Positions 1 through 11,444 of a stretch of 26,321 nt of DNA are shown here, piece after piece; within the stretch, counting starts at the first letter, position 1, and every line of letters starts with the position of its first letter. The stretch comes from Octopus sinensis (lineage: Eukaryota). The position numbers and the translations under genes were made by a program. The notes under the pieces are model-generated. The model was not told the DNA's origin and made no database searches. It saw only the letters and a list, made by a program, of their open reading frames with translations. The DNA is taken from NCBI RefSeq assembly GCF_006345805.1, contig NW_021836021.1:1-26321 (forward strand). The letters are read 5' to 3'.

Positions 1-39
1 TACTTACTGTGGTTAACCCCGGATCAAACCGGGACCTAC

Positions 40-77
<38 letters not shown>

Positions 78-149
78 TCGGTGCGAATGGTTTGTTATTA
101 CGTTGCCGTGTTTTACAATCCTGTAAATAATAACGATGGTATTTTTCTA

Positions 150-351
150 TAAGCTTAAATCTTATGGCGATCACCGTGCAATGACTAAGGAATATGCTCT
201 ATTAGAGGAGCATATAAGCTCCTAGTGGAAAAAAGGTTTTCCTACTCACGCGGATAGAAAAGCCTCCTTTTTTCAGTCGAATGATTATGTGCCCCTTTAT
301 TAGACTATCTTTTCAGTCAATGCGCGGTGATCGCCATAAGCTCTAAGTTTA
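150..351. mobile_element. ~200 bp TA-flanked MITE (Tc1/mariner-type, non-autonomous)
   Basis: Imperfect ~50 bp terminal inverted repeats: (TA)TAAGCTTAAATCTTATGGCGATCACCGTGCAATGACT from 148 vs reverse complement of AGTCAATGCGCGGTGATCGCCATAAGCTCTAAGTTTATA ending at 353. TA at both ends, no ORF. Confidence 0.75.
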
Positions 352-380
352 TACATACATACATACATACATACATACAT

Positions 381-411
<31 letters not shown>

Positions 412-810
412 TACATACATACATACATACATACACACACACATGCATACATACATACATACATACATACATACATACATACATACATACATACATACAT
501 ACATACATACACACACACATACATACATACATACATACACACACACATACATACATACATACATACATACATACATACATACATACACAGACACATATAC
601 ATACATACATACATACATACATACATACACACACACATACATACATACATACACACACACATACATACATACATACATACATACATTCATACATACATAC
701 ATACATTCATACATACATACATACATACATTCATACATACATACATACATTCATACATACATACATACATACATACATACATACATACATACATACATAC
801 ATACATACAT
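351..810. repeat. (CATA)n/(CA)n microsatellite array
   Basis: Directly visible; source of the MYVC/HTYI pseudo-ORFs. Confidence 0.97.
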
Positions 811-1000
811 TCAAATTGTGACCGCGTGTGTATAATTGGCAATTTTTTTCCTCCGTCATCCCTTCCTTCGATCTTTCCTTTTCGTATTTTTCCGCTCGAA
901 ACGTTAAATCCTCCTTCTTTCTTTCCTTTCCTGGACGTCCAATAACACTGTACTTGTTCCACGTTCTCGCGTTGTTATGTTTCCATGTTTGGATTCACTA

Positions 1001-1041
1001 CATATATATATATATACATATAAATATATATATATATATAT

Positions 1042-1110
<69 letters not shown>
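1001..1110. repeat. (AT)n followed by (GATA)n microsatellite
   Basis: Directly visible; abuts the 3' end of the Tx1-like element. Confidence 0.95.
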
Positions 1111-1113
1111 ATA

Positions 1114-1975
1114 AATTTCTTTATTAGCCACACAGGGCTGCACACAGATGGGACAAGTTACAAGGTAGAGCTTTTCTTTTGGGGGATGAAAAAAAGGGGG
1201 TGGCGTAGGTTTTCGATCAAGAGGAATCGTAAAAGGGAAGAAAAGTACAAATAAACAAAAAAAAAATTAAAAAAAAAAAAAATGAAAAAATAGAAATAAA
1301 ATAAAAAGAATAAAAGAATAAAAAAAGAAAGGGAAAAGGAACAAAAGAAAAGAGGAAAAAGGGGAAAAAAAGGGGAAGAGGAAAAAAAAGGAACGATCAA
1401 TAGGGATCGTGTATCACAGTGTTATGATATATGGTGTAAAGGGGAAAGCAAGTAAGGTTTATCAGTGGGAAGAAAAGCCTACGAAAAAGACCACGGTAAC
1501 CTTGGTCAATATTGTTATGTGTTACCACATTTGTTTGCAAGTGGGTAACCCTCTGTTTTAAATGTCTGTGTTCATAGGATTATGCTCAAGGTGGCTTCGT
1601 CATTCATACGTGCCATCCTTGCTACATTCACCCATCATTTTTTAAAACATTCGCTAGACAAAACTTGCCTCTCTACTCTCACTTTCCTTTTCAAGTAGTA
1701 CTTGAAGAAGTTGATGAGAGATTGACCAGAGAGGAAAGTGTTTGTCTCCAATCCTTTCAGACGCGTCCACCAGATACATTATTTCGCCATAGCCACAAGG
1801 ATGATGAAAATAGCTCTTCCTTCCCGTTTGAAGGAAGGAGGCGTGATAATATTGACGATAGACTCAGCTGATAAACCGACTCGTCCCACACGTGACAGCA
1901 GTTGTTCGACACAAGCCCACAGGTCGAAAATTGTTGGACACTGCACGAGTGCGTGCAGAACGAAAAAAATCGCTA
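1114..1975 (-). mobile_element. Tx1/L1-clade LINE, 5'-truncated 3' fragment (copy 1)
   Basis: Minus strand reads VLHALVQCPTIFDLWACVEQLLSRVGRVGLSAESIVNIITPPSFKREGRAIFIILVAMAK... to ATLSIIL* (stop 1572-1574): tail of a zf-RVT-type motif. 3' UTR with AATAAA (1120-1125). Colinear with copy 2 at 18384-19050. Confidence 0.85.
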
Positions 1976-1994
1976 ACGGTACACACGAGGTCAT

Positions 1995-2091
1995 ATAATA
2001 CATATATGTAAATTATATATATATATATATATATATTTATATTATATATTATTATATATATATAAATATATATATAATAATAATAATAATA
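1995..2091. repeat. (AT)n/(AAT)n low-complexity spacer
   Basis: Directly visible between the Tx1 5' end and the Penelope 5' end. Confidence 0.9.
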
Positions 2092-2159
2092 AAATATTAG
2101 GGAATATATCCAAATTTACAGGGAAAAAAAATCAGATTTAGGATTAAATCCAATTTTAT

Positions 2160-3660
2160 AGTGATTTAGTAGGTATTTTCTTTTATCTGAACTCCAATAG
2201 AAAATCTTAAGATAGAGGGGGGTTTATATAGAGACGATCTTCTACTAGTTACAAAGAATTGTACTAATAGGAATCTAGAAGTATATAAGAAAAAACTATA
2301 TAGTTTCTTTAAAAGATATGGTTTACGTATTACTATATATAAGGAGAATTATAATGTTAATTATTTAGATGTTAATTTTAATCTTATTACAGGTAAAACA
2401 CAACCATATCATAAACTTAATGAGAACCTTAGATATAAATGTTAATAGTAATCACCCATTTTCTATTAAAAAATCGTTGATTAATAATATAAGTAAACGT
2501 ATTTCATTACTCTCTTATGATATAGAGATTTTTAATAAACATGCTAATTATTATAATGAGGCCCTTAGAGGGGCAGGTTATAATAAGAATATTAAATTTT
2601 ATAATATTAGCGATAATGATTTAAATGATAATTTTCGAGATACTTCTAATAATAATTATAATTTTGTTACGTTTAGTGGTAAAAATAATAGATATTATAA
2701 AAAAAATAATAAAAATGATAAAAATATAAATAAGAATAATATAATAATAATAATATAATAAAATAATATATAAAAAGAATAATATAAATAAAAATAAATT
2801 TAATAATTATTATAATAATTATATTGATAAATTAATAATATTAATAATTCCTTAAATGCTGTACATAGATATAATTTGATAATAATTTAATAAAATAAAG
2901 AATTATAAATATATTATATTATATAATGATAATAATAATAAGGTTAATAAGAATAAAATTTGGTTAATAGTTCCTTATGGAGATCAAGTTAAAACGAATA
3001 TTATTAAAGAGATTTAAATGTTATAGAACTATTTATTAGAGATAATCGTAAATATAGAAACATTTTCTCTTTTAATAATTTTGGAGTTGGTTACTCTACC
3101 ACTAATAATGTTGGTAACATTATTTCTTCATTTAATAAATATAAACTGAATAATTTTTATAAAAAGAAATTATTTGATAATAATATTAATAATGATAAGA
3201 CTTATATTAATTGTACATGTAGAGATAAATCTAATGTATATTAAATAATAATTGTGATATTAACGATGTAGTGTATAAATGTATAGTTACATTACATGAT
3301 AATAACTTTAAGAATAATAATTACACAAAAGCGGTTTATATAGGTTTTACTCCTCAAAAATAAAACTAAGAATTGCACAACATATGAATTCTTTTAAAAA
3401 TAAAAACTTAATCAACTCAACCGGACTTAGTAAGTATATTTGGAGTCTTAATCACTAAATATTATTATAGTTTAATATGGGAAAATAATTTGAAAACTAA
3501 ATCATATAATATAGGAGCTAATTGTTGTTATTTATGCTCTAATGAGTTTAAAGAAATTTTATTTTATAAGTATGATAATTTACTTAATACTGGGGAGGAG
3601 CGCAAAATAAAATGTAGACACAAGTTACTTTACTTATATAATAAGTTTCATGATAAATAG
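2160..3660 (+). pseudogene. Decayed Penelope RT + GIY-YIG endonuclease ORF (several frameshifts, Asn-rich linker ~2600-2960)
   Basis: Manual translation across frameshifts (SDLVGIF...GGLYRDDLL...KCRHKLLYLYNKFHDK*, stop 3658-3660). Track ORF 2369..2758 covers only the thumb region. Confidence 0.88.
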
Positions 3661-4613
3661 CAATAATAGTTCCCTTTTAGGTTATTTTAGTTTAGTTTTA
3701 AATAGTTTAGATGATATATTTTGGTTATGTTGTCTAGGATTTAATATAGTTAGTCTTTATTGATATTTCTTTGTTTTAATTAGTTCATTTTTATGTATAT
3801 TAATTTAGCGTTTATGGTACGTTAAACTTTAATAATTTATATTAGATTTTTTATTTTTTTATTTTTATTTTTATTTATTTTATTTTATTTATTTTATTTT
3901 ATTATGTATTTTTATTTTGCATTTGTTATATGTATTTTGAGGATATATTTATATGTTTTTGGGTGTTATTTAGTGGTGTTTTTATTGAGTTTTGTATGTA
4001 TGTGTGAATGTTTAAGATCCCTTTGTTTTTGTTTTTTATTTGTATGTTGAATTGACAGATTTTATTTGGGTTGTCTTTTATAAAAAGTACACACCCATAA
4101 CAATTATAAGTGCCCACTTCATTCGTTGTACTGGGTTTGCATGTGAGCCTCAGCATATGCACCTAACGGCCACTCCAGCCACATGGATAAATAAAATGGG
4201 TTTGTTATTAGGTTTTGGGATGTATGTGTTAATTTGTCTGTGTGGGGAGGGAGTGGGTTTTGGTGTATATGAGGTTTATAAGTTAGTATAGGTATGTGTA
4301 TAAGTCGTGAGTCTGTGGTTTACGTGTGTGTATTTGTGTGTGAATGTTTAGGTTAGGGGGTTTACTTTATAGGTTTGTTATAGAGTTTAGCAAAGGGAGA
4401 TTTATCGTTATATGTTTTTAAGAGTTTTGTTTTATCATGGTTTTTTTAGGGAATTCGTGGTAATTAGTCTATATTTTCGATATGGATTATATATAGGTTA
4501 TATATGGATTATATACTTATATTTTTTCATTTATACTTTAATTATTTAAAAGTAATATTATTATTATTATTATTTTATTTTTATATTTAAAATTTTGATT
4601 TTTTAGATTGGAA

Positions 4614-4660
4614 GTCCACCTGAAGATTGTCGATCAAGACAAGAAACGATTGTAGTGGGT
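4614..4660 (+). ncRNA. Minimal type I hammerhead ribozyme in the Penelope 3' repeat
   Basis: Stem I GUCCAC(4614-19)/GUGGGU(4655-60); core CUGAAGA(4620-26); stem II UUGUC/GACAA with 6-nt loop; GAAA(4643-46); 2-bp stem III AC/GU with GAUU loop; cleavage triplet GUA, predicted cut after 4654. Confidence 0.85.
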
Positions 4661-4752
4661 TTTTTTTGACTATTATTAAATTTTATGTATTGATTAAGTC
4701 TTTCCTTGTTTGTTTTGCAAAATAGTGGTTTTGTCTCAAATAATATTTTATA

Positions 4753-4950
4753 TATATATATATATATTATATCTATATATATATACATGTATATATGCAT
4801 AATATAAATATATATATATATATGCATATATACACATATATGCATATATATACAATATATATATATAGTATATATTATTTACTATTTATATAAATATAGA
4901 GAGAGATATAAATATATACATATATACATATACATACATATACATATGTA

Positions 4951-5008
<58 letters not shown>

Positions 5009-5040
5009 ACACATATATATATATACACGTGTACGTACAC
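4753..5040. repeat. (AT)n/(GT)n compound microsatellite
   Basis: Directly visible. Confidence 0.95.
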
Positions 5041-5204
5041 GTGTGTTGGAGGCTGCGGGTGGTGCTGGTGGTAATAAATAAAGCCTTATGCGTCTCTTTC
5101 GATGTTTCAAATGTTTCTTTCTTTGTTTTTTTCTTTCTTTCTTTCTTCCTTTCTTACTATCGATAATAATGAATAAAGATTTAAATTTGCTTCGTAATAT
5201 TTCT

Positions 5205-5526
5205 AAGAAAGAAATGGCGGCCGAACGATTCGATTTCTCCATAAAGACATTTCTATGGACTTTGGTGCAGATAGAAGCTTAGTTTATGAGAGTTCTGTTG
5301 AAAGAACATTTGGAATCTGGGTCTCAGCAAATTGACGTTTGTTAAATGAAGCGTAAGAGAAAGCTGTTTGACACCCAAGACAACACAGGTACAGTTATAC
5401 ACACACATGTATAACTATGTGTATGTATATGTATACACATGTACGTGTAATATATACACAAAATATATACATAAACATATATGTATAATATATACTTGTT
5501 TATCAAACTTTTTATGATTTTATGTA

Positions 5527-5606
<80 letters not shown>

Positions 5607-6040
5607 CATACACATACATACATATTCACATACATACACATTCACATACATAATATATATAGAGAGAGAGAGAGATATAGATATATAGATATGTACGTAT
5701 GTATATGTATGTATATGTATATATATGCATGCGCTATTAAACACATGCTTTTCAATACAGCCGTGTGAATAGTCGGTGAAGATGGCGTGAACGATGATGG
5801 CTATGGAAGATGCGAAACTCTTTTCCGCAAATAACCAGACAATTTAACGGATGTGGTGTACGATGTGTGGTATGAAGCGGCGTGATGTGACGGTGGTGGA
5901 GCATAGAAACTGAATTATATAATTTAGTGTTGGCTTGGATTTATGCAATATCTGCCGTTAATGGCTACCGGTTTCATGAATTGTTTCTATTATGAATTAA
6001 CAAGCAAGATGAGAGAACAATAAAAACATGGCGGCCGTAA
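5205..6040 (+). promoter_or_regulatory. Candidate promoter/regulatory island with three co-oriented YY1/Pho-like motifs
   Basis: AAATGGCGGC (5212-5221), AAGATGGCG (5779-5787), AACATGGCGGC (6025-6035) in non-repetitive, CpG-retaining patches. Function is inference. Confidence 0.35.
5400..5730. repeat. (AT)n/(GT)n/(AG)n compound microsatellite
   Basis: Directly visible. Confidence 0.93.
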
Positions 6041-6269
6041 TGAGCGAAAGGGGTATTGCTGATGGAAGGTTTCTTCATGTTGACCAGTTATCGTAGCCGA
6101 ATTTTGATTTTCATCATCATAAAATTCCTCGTCTGTACGTTTTAATGTCACTGAGTGATAGAAGAGAGAGTTGGGTTGATTGAGATATATAGACGGAGAG
6201 TTATCTAACTAGTCACCTTGTTTCGTGCATAAATACTTAACTTGATTAATGCATAGTTATGTATGTAGA

Positions 6270-7008
<739 letters not shown>

Positions 7009-7469
7009 CAGTTCCATGTTCATCGATGTTCATACTGAATAATTCGAAAATTGTTCGTTTGCCTCACTGAAATTACACTATTTATTCATCCAATCAAAAT
7101 TGTGATTCTTAATTCTCTGCGATGGCCTCCTGAGAAGCTTAGCTCTGCACAATTGAGGTTAAGCCGTGATGACCTACTAAAATATTCCATAAACTTTCAA
7201 AAGCCAGAGGATTCAAAAGCATTTGCTGATGACGAAGCTTATTAAAGTATATTTGTTTATTTTCGAATATTTCTGGCTGTTCGGAATATATTAAATATTG
7301 AACATTACATATACGAAAATTGCTCTCAGCGAGTAAAAATAGCTTATTAAATGCAGCTGTATGTGATATTACAATACGTTCTCTATAGGTTTGGCCGTCG
7401 CCTGGTTGGTTTAACCAATAACTCTGTCGGTTGCTAAGGTTGGTGTTCCAGTTGTTCCTTCAACAGCTT

Positions 7470-7590
7470 TCTCGTGAAATGAATGTGCTCACGGCTAAGC
7501 ACTCCACAGGTACTCGTACCATTATCGTGGTTCTCAGGGAGATTCACCGGGTCAGAAAATGTGACCAGGTTTTGGATTACAGGTGTTACT
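7470..7590. mobile_element. Degenerate interspersed-repeat (probably SINE) fragment
   Basis: CTCGTGAAAT..GCACTCCACAG..GTTCTCAGGGAGATTCA resembles a common octopus repeat as I recall it; no second copy in this window. Confidence 0.3.
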
Positions 7591-7592
7591 AA

Positions 7593-7738
7593 TCCCGTAA
7601 ATGAGCGGTTCGGCAAAAGGGAATGATAGAGTAAGAAACAGGCTTAAAAAGATAAGTACAGGTGTCCGATTCATTCGACTAAATATTCTGCAAGGCGGAG
7701 CAACAACATGGCTGCAGTCACATGACTGAAGCAAGTAA
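7593..7738 (+). mobile_element. 3' half of CORE-like SINE
   Basis: Shares AGCGGTTCGGCAAAA ... ATGG(C/T)CGCAG..ATGACTGAA.CAAGTAA-like blocks with the fuller copy at 15298-15455. Confidence 0.8.
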
Positions 7739-7829
7739 TATATAATGTTTGTGTGTGGGGGGGGGTGCTTGTATGCGTGAATGTATGTCACTTCTATTTT
7801 TTTAAATTATTATAACTATTCCACTGAGT

Positions 7830-8190
7830 AGGGAACCGGTTTCCAACAAAGATACAAGGCTCCATCTTTGGTATATAGTCAACACAGGCAAATTCACATT
7901 TGGAACTTGAGAAAAGTCTTGCATATTTTTACTGTTCCACTCACAGATTGCACTTATAATGTACGAATCAGCCGGTCGATTTCTCTTTCTGAAAATCCCG
8001 GGTCATCCAGATTCTCCTTTAAGCATTTACTAACAAAAAAAAACCTAGTGCTCCAATTATTATTGGTATGAATATGAATTCATAGACTGGGTATTGAAGC
8101 TGGAGGTTTCGAAGCAGTTGTCTATAGATATCCGCTTTTTCTTTGATTTTCAAAGAGATATTTATATCTGCAAGGCAGATATAAATTTCC
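7830..8190 (-). mobile_element. 3' end of restriction-like-endonuclease non-LTR retrotransposon (R4/Dong-like), copy A
   Basis: Minus strand: ICLADINISLKIKEKADIYRQLLRNLQLQYPVYEFIFIPIIIGALG / (frameshift) KCLKENLDDPGFSEREIDRLIRTL*VQSVSGTVKICKTFLKFQM*: KEK..Y..L / PIIIGALG C-terminus typical of RLE domains. Confidence 0.8.
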
Positions 8191-8199
8191 TGATATGTC

Positions 8200-8610
8200 A
8201 CATGCTCTACCGTGTGCATGTGTGTATGTATGCATGCATGCATGTATGTATGCATGCATGTATGTATCTATGCATGTATGTATATATGCATGCATGTATG
8301 TATGTATTCATGTATGTATGATGCATGTATGCATGCATGTATGTATGTATGCATATATGTATGTATGCATGTATGTATGTATGTGTGTATGTGTGTGTGC
8401 ATGTATGTATGCATGCATGTGTGTATGTATGCATATATGTATACATGCATGTAGATATGTATGCATATATGTATGTATGTATATATGTATGTATGTGTGT
8501 ATGTGTGTGTATGTATGTATGTATGTATGTATGTATGTATGTATGTATGGTATGTATGTATGTATGTATGTATGTATGTTTGTATGTGTGTACGTGTGAG
8601 TGTATGAATG
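8200..8610. repeat. (TATG)n/(TGCA)n microsatellite array
   Basis: Directly visible; lies between the two RLE-LINE fragments. Confidence 0.95.
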
Positions 8611-8624
8611 TCTCTTCTGTATTC

Positions 8625-8832
8625 ATTTAAATCCTTCCTCTGAAGAAGGATCTGGTTTCTAACCAACATACAAAGCTCCATCTGTGGAATGTCGATAACG
8701 AAAAGAGTGTCATATTTTCAGCATGAGAAAAGTCTTGCATACTTTTACTGTTCCGCTTACAGATTGTATTTGTAATGTGCGAATCGGTTGGTGTAATTTC
8801 TTTATCTGAAAATCCAAGCTTATCCAGATGTA
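8625..8832 (-). mobile_element. 3' end of the same RLE-type LINE family, copy B
   Basis: Minus strand LDKLGFSDKEIT/..IRTLQIQSVSGTVKVCKTFLMLKI*; homologous to copy A; 3' UTR runs into (CATA)n. Confidence 0.78.
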
Positions 8833-8833
8833 G

Positions 8834-8910
8834 GCGATCGATGTAATTGACTTCCCTCCGTCCCCTCAAATTACTGGCTTTATACTGAAATTTCAGAACA
8901 ATATTAAACG
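8834..8910 (+). mobile_element. tRNA-SINE 3' fragment
   Basis: GATCGATGTAATTGACTT..CCCCTCAAATTACTGGC matches the 3' part of SINEs at 11700-11760 and 12125-12187. Confidence 0.6.
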
Positions 8911-9245
8911 TCTTTAAACCTAATTCTATCTTTGTATCATTTCTTTTCTATCTTTATATTATTGTCACAAGAACTGAAAATGAATCTTCCCAAATAAAGT
9001 GCACCTCAATTTCAAAGCTCTGATGAAGCTATATGATGTTACCCAGCAACTCAACTAAGATTCCACATCTTACAGCAGAAACAGCTGTTAGCTAATGTAG
9101 TTCATGATATAGCCTTTGTTTTCCTCCGGTATCATATTTTTCCTATTACCACTCTATAATCCTCTACCATTGTTCTGCATCATACATATATTGAGTTCTA
9201 CACCAAGTTACTAATCACACGATGCCTAAGTAAAATATTACAATA

Positions 9246-9794
9246 TTGGGTTGTCTGGAAAGTTCGTGCCGATTTTTAAAGGAAAGAAAAAGGTCAATAA
9301 ATACTTGCCATTACATTTTTAATCAACCAAATATGAACCATTTTGTTGCACAATGCGTCTCCATCTTTCCTTTGACTTGAAAATACCCTCTTCCCAGAAT
9401 TGAGGTGGTTTCAAGGCAAAGAATTCATCAAGGTATCTTTTTGCATCATCCAAGGAATTGAAATTTTTAGCATTAACACTATTCTGCAGAAACCTGAATA
9501 AGTGAAAATCCGAAGGAGCAATATCTGGAGAATATGGAGGGTGGGGTAACACATCCCAGCCGAGCTGCAGCAATTTTTGTCCGGTTCCCAAATCATCAAG
9601 TGCTGAAAATTGACTTTCTTATCTTCCATTTTAAAGGGTTACATATTAACACAGGTTATAGGGACATAAACCTTCTTCCGCGAAAAGATAGCTTAAACTG
9701 TGCTCCAAATGGAGGTGTAGTCAAATCCTATTTTATGGACTCAACCATGTTCTAAAATAAGTCGAAAGGTAAGCTACAATAATTCGGCACGAAC
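9246..9794 (-). mobile_element. Internally deleted mariner (D,D34D) element
   Basis: TA (9244-45) + TIR TTGGGTTGTCTGGAAAGTTCGTGCCGATT; partial opposite TIR AATTCGGCACGAAC (9781-9794). N-terminal MEDKKVNFQHLM (ATG 9629) joined to C-terminal QKLLQLGWDVLPHPPYSPDIAPSDFHLFRFLQNS...YLVD* (stop 9319). Confidence 0.92.
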
Positions 9795-9954
9795 GTCATA
9801 TATCAGTCGCTACTCTTTTATTAGATCTTACTCATCTTCATCTTTTTTGGATGCACTTCTCTAATAATTTCTGTTGGTTTACGTTGTTCTTCTTTTCCTG
9901 GAAGATATTAAGATTTCGTTCTTTTCGTGTGGGTGTTCAATAGAGAGAAACTCT

Positions 9955-10325
9955 GTGTGTGTGTGTGTGTGCGTACGTGTGTGTGCGTACGTGTGTGTGT
10001 GTGTGTTTGTGTTTGTGTGTGTCCTTGTTTGTGTGTATATGTGTACTTATAGCGCGCAAGTTTTACATGAAATTTAAAGATTTGTTTCTTCGTGTGGGTG
10101 TGTGTAGGTGTGGGTGAGGGTGTGGATAGGTGTGGGTGGGTGTGGTGCTTGTGTGAGAAAGAGAGAGTAAGCATGTGTGTACGTATGTGTGGTGTGTGTG
10201 TGTGTGAGTGGCATGTAGATTTTACATGAAATGTTAAGATTTGGTTTATCGTGTGGGTGTGTAAACGACAAAGAGTGTTTTTATATGTATGCGTGCGTGT
10301 GTGTATGCATGCACTTGTGTGAGTA

Positions 10326-10362
<37 letters not shown>

Positions 10363-11140
10363 TTTACATGGAATACTAAGACTTGGTCCTCGCGCATCTG
10401 TAAGTGCATATGTATGCGTTAGTGTATATGTGTGTGTGTATGTGTATCTGTGTGTGAGTGTATATGTGTATATATGTGTATGTATGTGTGTGGGGGTGTA
10501 TATGTATATATGTGTATGTGTGTATGCAAGTGTATGTGAATGTATACGTATGTGTGTTGTGTGTGTGTGTGTGAGTGGCATGTAGATTTTACATGAAATG
10601 TTAAGATTTGGTTTATCGTGTGGGTGTGTAAACGACAAGAGTGTTTTTATATGTATGCGTGCGTGTGTGTATGCATGCACTTGTGTGAGTATGCGTGTGT
10701 GTGTGTGTTGTGTGTGTGTGTGTGTTGAATTTTACATGGAATACTAAGACTTGGTTCTCTCGCGCATCTGTAAGTGCATATGTATGCGTTAGTGTATAAT
10801 TGTGTGGTGTGTATGTGTATCGGTGGTGTGAGTGTATATGTGTATATATGTGTATGTAGGTGTGTGGTGGTGTATATGTATATATGTGTATGTGTGTATG
10901 CAAGTGTATGTGAATGTATGTATGTGTATTTGTATGTATGTGTATGAGTGTATATTTATATGTATATATATATATATGTATGTGTGTATATGTGTATATG
11001 TATATATGTATGTGTGTATATGTGTATGTATGTGTGTATATATGTATGTATATATATGTGTGTGTATATGCGTAGGTATGTGTGAGTGTATATGTATATG
11101 TGTATGTATGTGTGTGAGCGTACGTGTATATACGTGCATA
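9955..11140. repeat. (GT)n/(GTAT)n array with embedded ~45 bp motif and ~367 bp tandem duplication
   Basis: TTTTACATG(A/G)AAT..(T/A)AAGA(T/C)TTG motif at ~10061, 10220, 10362, 10587, 10730. GAGTGGCATGTAG at 10206 and 10573. Confidence 0.88.
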
Positions 11141-11284
11141 TAGCCAGTGGGTTTCCTACCCGTTAGATTTAAAATATTTGATTTACGATTCTCAATGTTA
11201 ACAAGTTCTTTTCTTTTCTTTTATGTTTTTTTTTTCCTATTTCTGTATTTTGTATTATTTTATTTCTCATTAAGGAAACGAGTC

Positions 11285-11420
11285 GGTTGGATCGTTAGAA
11301 GGTCGGTAGAAATGCTTCGTGGTATTTCTCCGAGCTCGTTACATTCTGAGTTCAAATCCCACTAAGATCACCTGTATCTTCCATCCTTTGGAGCTCCATA
11401 GATTAAAGTACCATCCAAGC
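11285..11420 (+). mobile_element. Degenerate tRNA-derived SINE
   Basis: GATCGTTAG..GAAATGCTTCGTGGTATTTC..TTCTGAGTTCAAATCC head homologous to 11975-12070. Confidence 0.65.
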
Positions 11421-11444
11421 ATCGAGATCTATGGTGCTTAGGAG

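Larger units (their letters stand above)
2092..4752 (+). mobile_element. Penelope-like retroelement (C-terminal GIY-YIG type, Nematis/Neptune-like), 5'-truncated, with long 3' repeat/UTR
   Basis: RT catalytic motif GGLYRDD (YRDD 2227-2238), YLDVNFNL, SNHPFSIKKSL..ISKRIS thumb, CxC linker (NCTCR 3209-3223), VVYK (3268) ... VYIG (3334-3345), NSTGLSKYIW, CYLC, LLN...KCRH. ~1.1 kb T/G-rich 3' region with a hammerhead motif. (TA)n on both flanks. Confidence 0.9.

Noticed and set aside
300-835. ORFs of MYVC/HTYI type (and similar at 5342-7033, 8195-8681, 9874-11143, 16960-18489, 19911-22725, 25316-26168)
   Set aside because: Translations of stop-free microsatellite frames; no domain content.
7051-7245. 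64-aa ORF in unique sequence
   Set aside because: Non-ATG start, no motif, no clear splice sites.
8990-9240. Possible very old LINE remnant (..NNGRGL.. on the minus strand)
   Set aside because: Multiple stops and only a 4-residue match to GGRGL; too weak.
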